Below are positions 51,518 through 64,000 of a stretch of 64,000 nucleotides of DNA, one piece after another. The stretch is from Dipteris shenzhenensis (Eukaryota). The notes beneath the pieces are model-generated. The model ran no database searches, was not told the DNA's origin, and was given only the letters and a program-made list of their open reading frames with translations. A program made the translations under genes and the position numbers. The stretch is taken from assembly GCA_047967505.1 (NCBI GenBank), contig CM106538.1; one strand, written 5' to 3'. Every line of letters starts with the position of its first letter. The first letter of the stretch is position 1.

Positions 51518-54500
51518 TGTTGAGAATCGAGCTCCACTTGTGATATGCCAGGGTGACCGTTGTGCATTTATGTCACCGACTTGTTAGCTGCAGATGCGAT
51601 TGGTACACTGCCTACGAATAATAGCTGGATGACAGCTATCCTTATCTATTCTAGTTTGTGGCTTAGTTAGTATGCCACCTTAGTTAGTTGAGTTTGGTTT
51701 GAGACCCACATATAGGGTTCTTCTATTTTCTTTGTACTAGAGTTCTTTTTGGCTTTCACAACTAAGAAGAGGAAAACTGTTTTCAGCCTCCACCTGTGTG
51801 TGTATTCCCCCATTGTGTATGTGAGAAAGCTGCAAGTGAGACTCCTTCCCTCTCTCCCACTATCTTCACATGGTATCAGAGCCTTGTTCGTGGTAAGGAG
51901 CTCAAGAAAGCAAACCAAGTTCACTGTGTCCTGGTAAGAGGACCAGTGCTACTTTCCTTTTTCGAGTTTGGGAGCAAATCTCTACAGGTAGCACAGGCAG
52001 AAGTGCAAGAGTGCAATGTCTCAGATTGAGACACCCTTTGCAGTGTGGCGAGAAGCCCTCAGTGACTTTATTTTTCTGATTCAAGACCATTTCGGGGCCC
52101 ATTTTGAAGGCGGAAGTTCTTCATAGGCACTCAAAAAAAGGCCCTATTTTTGCTGTGCGATCACTGCTCAGCTGGTCAGTGAAAAGTTGCCACAGAAATT
52201 GCATCGTATGCCTGTGTGCAGAGATATTAGGAGTTGCAGAATCATGCTTGTTGCTTGTTGATGCAAAATCGTCACTAGGAAGTGACTGTGTGGTCAAATA
52301 CCACTTTCGTCAGTTTTGCAGATCTGCCCGTGTGAGGCAAAAGCTGTGTTTTTCACAGTGACAGAATATTTTGCAGTGTTCTGTAATGGCGTCTGATTCT
52401 CTTTCATAGATTGTCACAGAAAAGCTTGACAAGAAACACTTCCAGGCATGGAAGTTTAGAATGATGAATTTCCTTATGGGAAAAGGCTATTGGGAGTTCA
52501 TTACATGAAATAAAGAAGAACCAGTTCTTCCTAATGTTCCCAATCAACAAGAAATGCAGGCATTTAAAGGATGGCATGAGAGAGCCAGAAAAGTTATGTA
52601 CTGGCTGTCTATCAGTATTTCGGATTCTATGATTGTGCATATCAGGATGCAAGTACGCCAAAGGAGGCATGGGAAACTTTGGCAAAAATGTACAGCACAA
52701 ATACGCACAGCACAAATACGCAAGCCAGGAAAATGCAGCTCAAACAGGAGTTGCATAATGTGTAGAGAGAAAATTTGAGCATAAATGACTACCACATGAA
52801 GGTGAAGAAAATTGCAGATGCACTTGCTTCCATTGGGTCGCCAGTGGAAGATGATGATCTAGTTTTTGTGACCTTGAATGGTCTAGGAAAGGATTATGCA
52901 CAGTTCTGGACATCCATTGCCGTCCGTGAAAAATTTCCTAATTTTGAAGAGTTGTTTGCTCTTCTAATTTTTGAAGAGCAGAAAAATGGGGGTGCATCTT
53001 CTTCAGGAGGAACTTCAAAAGAAACTCTCTTCTACTCAAATGCTAGAAGAGGTAGAGGCAGATGTAGAGGAGGCCGATCTGCAAGCCATGGTAGAAATCA
53101 GAATATGCAGCAAACTCAAGAAAACCAGTCCTATGGAGGAGGACATGGTAACTCTAGAGGCAGGGGGAGCCAAAGAGGCCATGGTGGATGGCAGAGAGGC
53201 CAAAATGCAAACAACAATGTTGAATGCTACTATTGTGGTAAAATGGGTCATATGGCTAAGGACTGCTACAAAAAGCAGAATGAAATTATGAATGGAAAAT
53301 TGTAGCAAGGTAATTATGCATCTTCTAGTAGACAGGGTGATGACAGAAATGAGCATCTATTTATGGTGCAGCACATGACCAATTCTGTGACAAGTGCAGA
53401 AGAACGAAATGATGTGTGGTACGTTGACTCAGGTGCATCAAACCACATGACAGGTCATGTAGAGTGGATGCAGGATGCAAGGAAAATGGAAAAACCAGGA
53501 TTTGTGGAGACTGGTGATGATACTGCACATCCTATTGTGCAGATTGGTAAAATTCCTTTGTCTATGCAGGATGGGAAAAATAAATATCTGTCTGATGTAT
53601 TTCATGTCCCGAATATCACCAAGAACCTAGTTTTTGTTGGTTAAATGGTTGAGTAGGGCTTGCAGGTCAGATTTAATCCTCATGGATGCTTTGTTGAGGA
53701 TATGAAAAATAACGGTCACTTGATAGCAAAAGGAAAGAAGAAGGGCTAGATGTTTACATTGGATGCAAACATGCCTGAATTGAGTGCAGCAATGTTTGCA
53801 CATGGGACTGGTGTAGTTGCATATATTAATATCTGGCATAAACGCATTGGTCATGTTAATGTACAATGACTTAAATCGATGTAGGCCCAAAATATTGTTG
53901 CAGGATTGCCTAAATTCAAGGTTGCAGAAATGCATAAGGTATGTGAAGCCTGTCAATTTGGAAACAGGCACGGAAACCATTTCCTAGACATGTTCAAGAG
54001 AGTAAGAAGCATTGGAATTAATCCACTCTGATGTGTAGACTACTAAAGCTGCATCTATTAGAGGCTATCATTATTTTGTCACTTTTATTGATGACTACAG
54101 CAGAAAATTTTGGGTGTATTTTATGAAAAAGAAAAGTGAAGTGTTTGGGCATTTCAAAGCTTTTAAAGCTATGGTTGAAAAAGAAACAGGCCATCAAATA
54201 AAATGCCTAAGTTCAGATGGAGGGGGAGAGTACCTCTCAAATGATTTTGCAAGGTCCCTGCAGGAGCATGGCATAAAGCAGCAATATTCATGCAGTCATA
54301 CCCCACAGCAAAATGAACTTGTAGAAAGGAAAAACAGGCATATTGGAGAGGTATCTCGGGCCATGCTAAATGAAAAATACCTACCAGATTATTATTAGGC
54401 TGAAGCAGTTGCTACAGCAGTTTACATAATGAACAGGACTCCCACTGCAGCAATACATGGCATGATGCCAGAGGAGATCTATACTGGTAGGAAACTAGAT

Positions 54501-56305
54501 ATTTCTCATTTGAAAATTTTTGGTTGCATTGCCTATGTTCATGTGCCTGATGAGTTGAGGTCCAAGCTGGATCCAAAAGCTAAGAAGTGCATCTTTATTG
54601 GTTATTCTCTGCAACAGAAAGGGTATAGATACTATAACCCTTCTACTCATAAGTTTACAGTGAGCAGAGATGTTGTTTTTGATGAGATGAGTAGCTGGTA
54701 TAAACCAGTAAATGTGATTGATGATGTAGATGCACAAAATGGTAATGCTGCACAGAATTCACAGCAGCAATCACAAAATATTAGTGGACTTGCAGTGTCC
54801 TCTAGCAGTGGTTCACATACTTCACCATGGATAGGTAGATTGAGATCAGGAGAATCTCCTCAAAGCAATGCAGATAGTGGTGTGTAGGTATAACGAAAAG
54901 GAAAAGAGAAGGCAGATCAGCCCATGTATGATGTGAATGTAGGTCACTCTTATGTGGATGGTGAATCTAGTGGCTCAGAACAGAGCATTGATGATGAGTT
55001 GGGTATTCCTTCTGTTGTTACACCTAGAGTAAGGAAGACCATGGATGTTTTGGGAGCACCTGGAAGTGAGCCTATTTTGTACAGGTCTACCAGAGCTAGG
55101 TATCCTATGGATAGGCTGAAATATGATGGATTTACAACCATTCACTATGCCTATATGGTCAAAGTGATACAGGAACGAGAACCCACTTCTTTTGAGCAAG
55201 CCATGGGAAAAGAAAAATGGGAGAAAGCCATGGATGAAGAAATGGATGCCTTGGAAGCAAATGCTACATGGGAATTGGTGCCTTTGCCTAAAGACAAGAA
55301 TGCAATTGGCTGTAAGTGGGTTTATAAGGTGAAGCACAATGCAGATGGTTCTGTGAACAGATATAAGGCAAGATTAGTTGTCAAGGGGTATGCACAGACA
55401 TATGGCATTGATTATGAAGAAACATTCAGTCCGGTTGCAAGGATAGCAACTATAAGAGCAGTCATTGCTATGGCTGCATCAAAGGTATGGTCTTTACATC
55501 AGATGGATGTAAAGAATGCCTTCTTGCATGGTGATTTGCAAGAAGAGGTCTTTATGGAGCAGCCACCAGGTTATGTTCATGCTGTTCATCCTAAGTTTGT
55601 TTGTAGGTTGAAGAAAGCCTTGTATGGCTTGAAGCAAGCACCTAGAGCATGGTCTGACAAGATAGGACAGTATCTTGTCACTATTGGCTTTTAGATTTCC
55701 AAGGCAGATTTCTCACTTTATGTGACAAAAACAGAGAAAGGTATTATGCTGCTTGTCATTTATGTTGATGATTCGATCATCACAGGTGATAGTGATGAAG
55801 ATATCCTTCATGTGAAAATGCTATTGAAGCAGAAGTTTAAGATGAAAGATTTGGGAGAGCTACGTTATTTCTTGGGCATTGAGGTGATTAGATCACCAAG
55901 TGGGATATGGCTCTTGCAAAGGCAGTATGGATTGGACATGCTATCCAAATATGGGATGACAGGCTGTAAGCCTATTTCAGTTCCTTTGGAGTAGAATGTG
56001 AAGCTGAGCGCAGATGCAGATGAGCTTCTGGAAGACCCTACTATGTACAAATGCATAGTAGGAAGTTTGATTTATATAACTATTACCAGGCCAGATTTGA
56101 GCTATGCTGTTGGATTGGTAAGTCAGTTTATGCAAGCTCCAAGGAAACCGCATTTGGATGCGGCTAGACGCATACTCAGGTATGTGAAGTCCACATTGCA
56201 ATATGGACTATTTTATGAGGCTGGGGTTCAGATACAGTTGCATGGATACACTGATGCTGATTGGGCTGGAAGTATGTCTGATAGCTGATTTACCAGTGGA
56301 TATGT
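51518..56305 (+). mobile_element. Copia family D copy D4 (5' LTR to RNase H start)
   Basis: LTR 51518-51870, PBS 51871-51882, decayed gag-pol, cut by A3. Confidence 0.93.
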
Positions 56306-59300
56306 TGTAAAGAATAAGGGAGAGAGATAGGAGGCTCAAGTTCAGCTTTCTTCACAACACACAAAAGAGAGAGGACACAAGGTTGGAGGGTGAAGCCTTT
56401 CTTCACTTTTGCACACAACAACAATACAATAGAAGAGGGAAATACCCTATATGTCAAAACCTAGAATACGTGGTTCATATGTGAACCCAAACCAAAACAT
56501 ACGTGGTAGTCTAACTACACCACGAGTACAACTAACATAGGCGGTGACATAAATGATAGTCATCCAGGAGATATGTCGGGGATAGAGCTTGATATCTCAA
56601 CACTCCCCCTCAAGCTCAAATCCATCTCACGTACACCAAGCAAGCTCCTAAATCTGCGAAGCTTCTCGGTACCCAATGCCTTCGTAAAGATATCAGCCAC
56701 CTGCTCCTCAGTGCTGACATAGACAAGATCAATCTCACCAGCTAGAACCTTCTCTCTCACAAAGTGATAATGCACCTCAATGTGCTTCGTTCTAGCATGA
56801 TAAACTGGGTTATTAGCAAGCATGATGCTGCTAATGTTGTCACAATGAATGACAACTGCTGCATGAACTGACTGTCCCATATCTGCAAGTAGCTTCCGTA
56901 ACCAAGCTACCTCACATGCAGCCATTGCTGCACCCCTGTACTCAGCCTCTGTGCTCGACAAGGCAACTGTTGGCTGCTTCTTGCTGCTCCAACTGATGGC
57001 ACCACTCCCAAGGGAAAACATAAAACCACTAGTAGATCTCCTGTCTGAGACACTACCAGCCCAGTCAGCATCTGTGTATCCATGTACCTGTAATGCACAC
57101 CCAGCTTCATAGAACAGTCCATAATGCAATGTGGACTTCACATACCGCAGTATGCGCCTAGCCGCATCCAAATGTGGCTTCCTCGGTGCCTGCATAAACT
57201 GACTCACCAGCCCCACAGCATAGCTCAAATCTGGTCGGGTTATAGTCATGTAAATCAAGCTACCTACTATGCGCCTGTACATAGTAATATCTTCAAGAAG
57301 CTCATCTGTCTCTGCATTGAGCTTCACATTCTGCTCCAATGGAACAGAGATAGGCTTACAGCCTGTCATCCCATATTTGGACAGCATGTCCAAACCGTAT
57401 TGCCTTTGCAACAGCCATATCCCACTCGGGGATCTAATAACCTCAATGCCCAAGAAGTAACGCAGCTCTCCCAGATCCTTCATCTCAAATTTCTGCTTCA
57501 ACAGCAGCTTCACTTCATTAATGTCTGCATCACTATCACCTGTAATAATCAAGTCATCAACATAGATGACTATAAGCACAATCCCTCTGTTTGTCCTTTT
57601 CACATAAAGTGAAAAATCTGAATTGGAAATCTGAAATCCAATAGTGACAAGATATTGCCCTATCTTGTCTGACCATGCCCTCGGCGCCTGTTTTAAGCCA
57701 TACAAGGCTTTGCGCAACCTGCATACAAAATCGGGGTGTGCTTTATCCTCATAACCTTCTGGTTGCATCATATAAACCTCTTCCTGCAAGTCACCATGCA
57801 AGAAGGCATTTTTCACATCCATCTGATGCAAAGACCATCCCTTTGCAGCAGCCATAGCAATTACTGCTCTCACGGTTGCCATCCTTGCAACTGGGCTGAA
57901 AGTTTCCTCATAGTCAATTCCATATGTCTGTGCAAAACCTTTGGCAACCAATCTTGCCTTGTACCTGCTAACAGACCCATCAGCATTGTGCTTTACTTTG
58001 TAAACCCACTTGCAGCCAATAGCCTTCTTATCATGAGGCAAAGGCATCAAATCCCAAGTGTGGTTTGCATCCAAGGCAGCCATCTCTTCATCCATAGCTG
58101 CTTCCCAATTTTTATGCCCTGCTGCATCCTCAAAACATGTGGGCTCTGGCTCCTCTAGAACCTTGACCATATAAGCATAGTGATGTGCTGTATACCCATC
58201 ATATCTCAGCCTGTCAACTGGATACTTAATACGAGTGGACCTCCGTACAACTGGATCAGTTGCAGGCATCTTTAAATCATGCCTGCTTTTCCTTGCACCA
58301 GGTGTAACAACAGAAGGAATCCCAAGTTCCTCATCAAGGCTCATTTCAGAGCCGCTTGACTCTCCATCAACATGAGAGCTACCAGCAGACACATCAAACA
58401 CTGGAGTATGGTCCACTTTTTCTTTTCCCTTATGTGATACCTGCACAACACTATCAGGACTGCCATGTGACGATTCACTAGATCTCAATCTCCCTGTCCA
58501 TGCATTAGATCCACTAGTAGAGGACTCTCTGGGTCCACTCAAGGCTTGAGATTGCTGCTCTGCATTTATTGCAGCATTCCCATTTCCTGCATCTGCATCT
58601 CCTACCATAACAATTGGTGCATACCAGCTGCTCATTTCATTAAAAACAACATCTCTGCTCACTTGCATTTTGCGAGTGGAAGGGTTATAACAGCGATACC
58701 CTTTCTGGTGCTGAGCATATCCAATAAAGATGCATTTTTCTGCCTTTGGATCCAGCTTGGTTCTCTTCTCATCAGGAACATGAACATACGCTATGCAACC
58801 AAATACCTTCAAGTGAGAAATATCTTTTTTTTGGCCTGTATACATTTCTTCAGGCGTCATGCCATGGACAGCTGCAGTGGGAGTTCTGTTCATAATATAA
58901 ACAGCAGTTGCTACTGCTTCAGCCCAAAAATAATCAGGCATGTTTTTCTCATTTAGGATCGCCCGTCCTACTTCTGCAATATGCCTGTTCTTCCTTTCTG
59001 CAACCCCATTCTGCTGAGGGGTAGACCTGCATGAGTACTTCCTTTGAATTCCCTGTTCTTTCAGATATTCACAAAATTCTTCTGAAAAGTACTCTCCCCC
59101 TCCATCAGATCTTAGCACTTTAATATGCACACCTTTCTCTTTTTCAACCATGGCCTTAAAAGCCTTGAAATGGCTGAACACTTCACTTTTGTGCTTCATA
59201 AAATAAATCCACACCTTCCTAGTGTAGTCATCAATAAACGTCACATAATAATGGCATCCACCAATAGAAGCAGCTTTGGTTGTCCAAACATCTGAGTGGA

Positions 59301-61113
59301 TCACTTCCAAAGGTCTTCTGCTCACCTTAGCATTTTTGGGAAATGCATGTCTGGCCTGCTTACCCATTTGGCATGCTTCACATACCTTTTGCATTCCCTC
59401 AACTCTGAATTTAGGCAAACCTGCAACAATGTTTTTCGTTTGCATAGATTTCAGCCTTTGTATATTCACGTGCCCAATGCGCTTGTGCCATATCTCAATA
59501 TCTGCAATGACACCTCTCCCATGCGCAAACATAGCAGCTTTCACCTCAGGCATATCAACATCCATGGTGAACATTCTTCCATTTTTGTTGCCTTTCGCAA
59601 CCAAGCGGCATTTATTTTTCAGGTCTTCAACAAAGCATCCATCAGGATTAAATCTAACCTGCAGACCTTGCTCAACCATCTGGCCAACTGAAACCAGGTT
59701 CTTAGTGATTTTTGGAACATGAAGTACATCTGCCAAGTACTTCGTTTTGCCATCCTGCATAGCCAATGGCACTTTACCAACCTGCGTAATTGGGTGCACA
59801 ATATCATCACCTGTTTCAACATAACCTGGCTTATCCAAATTTCTGACATCATGAAACCACTCACCATGACTGGTCATGTGGTTAGAGGCACCTGAATCAA
59901 CATACCAAACATCATTGCAAGCTGCAGCATCTCGTGACATGGAGTTAACCATATGCTGCATCACAAAAAGGTGCTCATTTCTGTCGTCACCATGCCCACT
60001 TGATGATGCATAGTTGCTTTGCTGCAACTTTCCACTTTTGATGTCATTCTGCTTTTTATAGCATGTATTCTCCTTGTGTCCAGGCTTTCCACAATAATAG
60101 CATTCTGTGCTGCTATTTACTTGCTGGTTCCTTTGTCATGAACCACGGCCTCTTTGGCTCCCCCTGCCTCTAGAACTACCACGTCCTCCTCCATAGGACT
60201 GGTTTTCCTGTTGTTGCTGTTGGTTCTGATTTCCTGCACGGCCACCAGAACGGCCTCTTCCTCTACCCCTGCCTCTACCTGTATTCGAGTAGAAAGCAGT
60301 CTCTTGAGAAGTTGAGGTGGCTGAACCACCATTCCTTTGCTCTTCACTCAGCAAGAGAGCAATAAGTTCCTGAAAATCAGGAAATGTTTCACGGACTCCA
60401 ATGGATGTCCGAAATTGTGCATAATCTTTCCCAAGACCATTCAAGGTCACGGACACTAAGTCCTCATAATCAACAGGTGCTCCAATGGAGGCAAGAGAAT
60501 CTGCAAGGCCTTTCACCTTCAAGGAATACTCATTTATATTCAGATTTTTCCTTTGCACATTGTGCAACTCCTGCTTTAGCTGCATCTTTCGTGCTTTGGT
60601 ATTTGTGCTATACAGCTTCACCAATGTATCCCATGCCTCCTTAGGCGTCTCTAGATCCTGTATATGCAAAATCATAGAATCTGAAATGCTAACAGACAGC
60701 CAATACAGGCATTTTCTGGCTTTTTCATGCCATTCTTTAAAGGCCTTCAATTCAGCAGGAGTGGGAGCAGCACCCAAAACTGGTTCTGCAGTTTCACCAC
60801 TGATGTAATCCCAAACTCCCTTTCCCATAAAGAAGTTTGTCATCCTGAACTTCCATGCTTGGAAGTTGTTCTTGTCAAGCTTCTCACTGACAATGGTAGA
60901 CAGATTCTCAGACATTTTACAAATCACGAATTGCAACAGCAACCTGTAAACACAGCAAATGCCTCAGAAGGGCAAATAGCAAAACTTCTGCAAAGAGCCT
61001 CACAGGGGCAGATCTGCAACACTGACGAAAGTGGTATTTCACCACACAGTCACTTCCTCGTGACGATTTTGCATCAACAGGCAACAGGCATGAATCTGGA
61101 ACTCCCAATATCT
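56306..61113 (-). mobile_element. Copia family A copy 3 (A3), lacking 5' LTR
   Basis: 3' LTR 56306-56602; similarity to A1/A2 stops in the leader near 61113. Confidence 0.95.
56560..60915 (-). pseudogene. Copia gag-pol with one stop in gag (60136-60138); pol frame open
   Basis: 1155-aa uninterrupted PR-IN-RT-RH ORF in frame with gag. Confidence 0.95.
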
Positions 61114-61182
61114 CCGCAAGACCCTAAGATCCCTCAACATCCACAAACCCGACCCAAGAAGGGCATAAGGGTAGGTGATGGT

Positions 61183-62904
61183 GTGTACTTCGAAGATGCA
61201 GTAGACAAGCCAGAATGGCAAACTGCTATGAATAAAGAAATGGATGCTTTGTATAAGAATAATACTTGGGAATTATGCAACCTTCCACCAGGAAAGAAGG
61301 CCATAGTAAACAAATGGGTGTACAAAGTGAAGTACAATCCAGATGGAAGTATTCAAAGATACAAAGCCAAACTAGTTGCAAAAGGATTTGCACAACAATA
61401 TGGTCAAGACTATGATGAGACTTATGCTCCAGTAGCAAAGATGGATTCCATACAGTTCTTGATATCACTAGTGACACTCACCAAGTGGAATGTGTATCAG
61501 CTCAATATCAAGAATGCATTTCTCAATGGTTACCTAGACGAGGAGGTCTACATGCGACAACCAGCACGTTATGTGGAACTAGGAAAGGAGAATAAGGTTT
61601 TCCATCTCAACAAAAGTCTCTACGGCTTAAAGCAAGCACCCAGAAGTTGGTTCAATAGAATTGACAAGTATTTTATTGATTTGGGATACATGAAATCCAA
61701 TGCAGATCATACTCTCTACTACAAAGTTCAAGGGGAAGACATTACTATTGCACTTTTGTACGTAGATGATTTGATTGTGACAAGAAGCAAGGATAGCACA
61801 TTCATGAGTCAGCTCAAGTATGTTGACAGTCTCCTGAAGAAGTTTCATATGACAGATTTCAAGATTGCAGCCACTCCCATAGAACAGAGTTTGAAACTTA
61901 CTAAAGATTCAAAAAAGCCTACAATCAATGACAAATACTATAGGTAGCTCATTGGATCTCTTATATATCTGACAATCACATGGCCAGATATTTGTTATGC
62001 AGTAAGCTCATTAGCACAGTTTATGGCAAATCCAAAACAGTTTCATTGGAATGCATCCGAAAGAGTCTTGAGATACATAAGAGGTACAAGACAGTTTGGG
62101 ATAGAATATAGAGGAAGTCATCCATGGTTGCATGGATATTGTGATAGTGACTATGCCGAAGATCATGAGACCAGGAGATCGACACAGGGATATGCATTTT
62201 TCCTTGGTCAAGGTGCTATATCATGGTTGTCAAACAAACAACCAACTGTTTCTCTGTCTTCGATTGAAGCAGAATATAGGGCACTCACTACAGGTGCATG
62301 TGAGGCTATATGGCTCTAAAGACTATTGACAAAAATCGATTACTTTGATGAGTGAAAGCCAACAACAATATAATGTGATAATTAATTGGCTCAAGCATTG
62401 GCCAAAAATCTAGTATATCACTCCAAGACAAAGCACATTGATGTCAGAGAGCACTTCATCAGAGAAAGAGTGTTACTTGGTGAGATCACACTATAGCATT
62501 GTGATAGCAAAGAAAATTTTGCAGACATCTTTACCAAACCACTCGGTAAAGAGCTATTCGAGAAACACCGACTAGCTCTTGGTTTGATGCAGAGGAACAA
62601 AATTCCCATTAAAGGGGTGTGATGGAATGTAATGCTCAGTCCTTCTTCAATTTCCCAAAATCATCATCTTGAGGGAAGACCTACTTCATGATGTTGATCT
62701 TGAGGGAAGGTGTTGAGAGTTCACGCTCAACATCATGTGATCTTGTGTGCATAGCACCATCACGTGATCATATGTGCATAGCACTAACCTTACAGAGTGC
62801 TATAAAGGAAAGGGTTAGATCCCCTAACCCTAACCCTAAAAGGGTTTGTATATATTCTTTTTTTTCAACTAAATCTAGTGTACAATTAGTCATTTGTGGT
62901 GTGC
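61183..62904 (+). mobile_element. Copia family E copy E2 (inverted relative to E1)
   Basis: Near-identical to the reverse complement of E1; LTR from 62711, truncated near 62904. Confidence 0.92.
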
Positions 62905-64000
62905 AAAAGGAAAGAAGGGCATGATGTTTATGTTGGATGCGGACATGCCTCAATTGAGTGCAGCAATGTTTGCACATGGGACCGGTGTAGTTGCAAATAT
63001 TGATATCTGGCATAAACGTATTGGTCATGTTAATATACAGCGACTTAAATCAATGCAAGCCCAAAATATTGTTGCAGGATTGCCTAAATTCAAGGTTGTA
63101 GAAATTCATAAGGTTTGTGAAGCCTGTCAATTTGGAAAACAGGCAAGGAAACCATTTCCTAGGCATGTTCAAGAGAGTAAAAAGCCATTGGAATTAATCC
63201 ACTTTGATGTGTGGACTACTAAAGCTACATCTATTGGAGGCTATCACTATTTTGTCACTTTTATTGATGACTTCAGCAGAAAAGTTTGGGTGTATTTTAT
63301 GAAAGAGAAAAGTGAAGTGTTTGGGCACTTCAAAGCTTTTAAAGCTATGGTTGAAAAAGAAACAGGCCTGCAAATAAAATGCCTAAGGTCAGATGGAGGG
63401 GGATAGTACCTCTCAAATGAGTTTGCAAGGTTCCTACAAGGGCATGGCATAAAGCAGCAATATTCATGCAGTCATACCCCATAGCAAAATGGACTTGCAG
63501 AAAGGAAAAACAGGCATATTGGAGAGGTATCTCAGGCCATGCTAAATGAGAAAGATATACCAGATTATTATTGGGCTGAAGCAGTTGCTACAGCAGTCTA
63601 TATAATGAACAGGACTCCCACTGTAGCAATACATGGCATGACGCCAGAGGAGATGTATACTGGTAGGAAACCAGATATTTCTCATTTGAAGATTTTTGGT
63701 TGCATTGCCTATGTCCATGTGCCAGATGAGTTGAGGTCCAAGTTGGATCCAAAAGCTGAGAAGTGCGTCTTTATTGGTTATTCTCTGTAGCAGAAAGGGC
63801 ATAGATGCTATAACCCTTCTACACATAAGCTCACAGTGAGCAGAGATGGTGTTTTTTATGAGATGAGTAGCTGGTATAAACCAATAAATGTGATGATTGA
63901 TATAGATACACAAAATGGTATTGCTGCACAGAATTCACAGCAACAATAACAAAATATCAATGGACCTGCACTGTCCTCTAGTAGTGGTTCATATACTTTG
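62905..64000 (+). mobile_element. Copia family D integrase fragment (runs off window)
   Basis: [25 protein letters not shown]. Confidence 0.92.

Noticed and set aside
60727-61947. 406-aa ORF as a novel gene
   Set aside because: Chance read-through from antisense A3 gag, across filler, into the E2 RT.

Overview
Eukaryotic, almost certainly land-plant DNA: plant-type Ty1/copia elements with a tRNA-iMet PBS, L1-clade LINEs, telo-boxes, and pervasive C-to-T decay. A fern or other seed-free plant is my guess, not provable here. No intact host gene, rRNA, tRNA or CRISPR array is visible. About three quarters of the window is nested retroelements: three young copies of copia family A (two complete with 298-bp LTRs and 5-bp TSDs), at least seven decayed pieces of the related family D, two inverted copies of copia family E, one non-coding LTR element (C), two L1-like LINEs and two TSD-flanked MITEs. 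Removing these insertions from about 24.4-45.4 kb exposes the main result, a decayed, intron-containing gene cluster. It holds a RAG1/Transib/Chapaev-like DDE transposase, a P-element-like transposase, a divergently oriented intronless histone H3 variant whose ~270-aa tail carries four H3 N-terminal (K4-type) motifs, and a putative BAH + ubiquitin-like gene. I infer a large cargo-carrying DNA transposon with its own chromatin toolkit; its termini are not visible. All alignments were made by eye.
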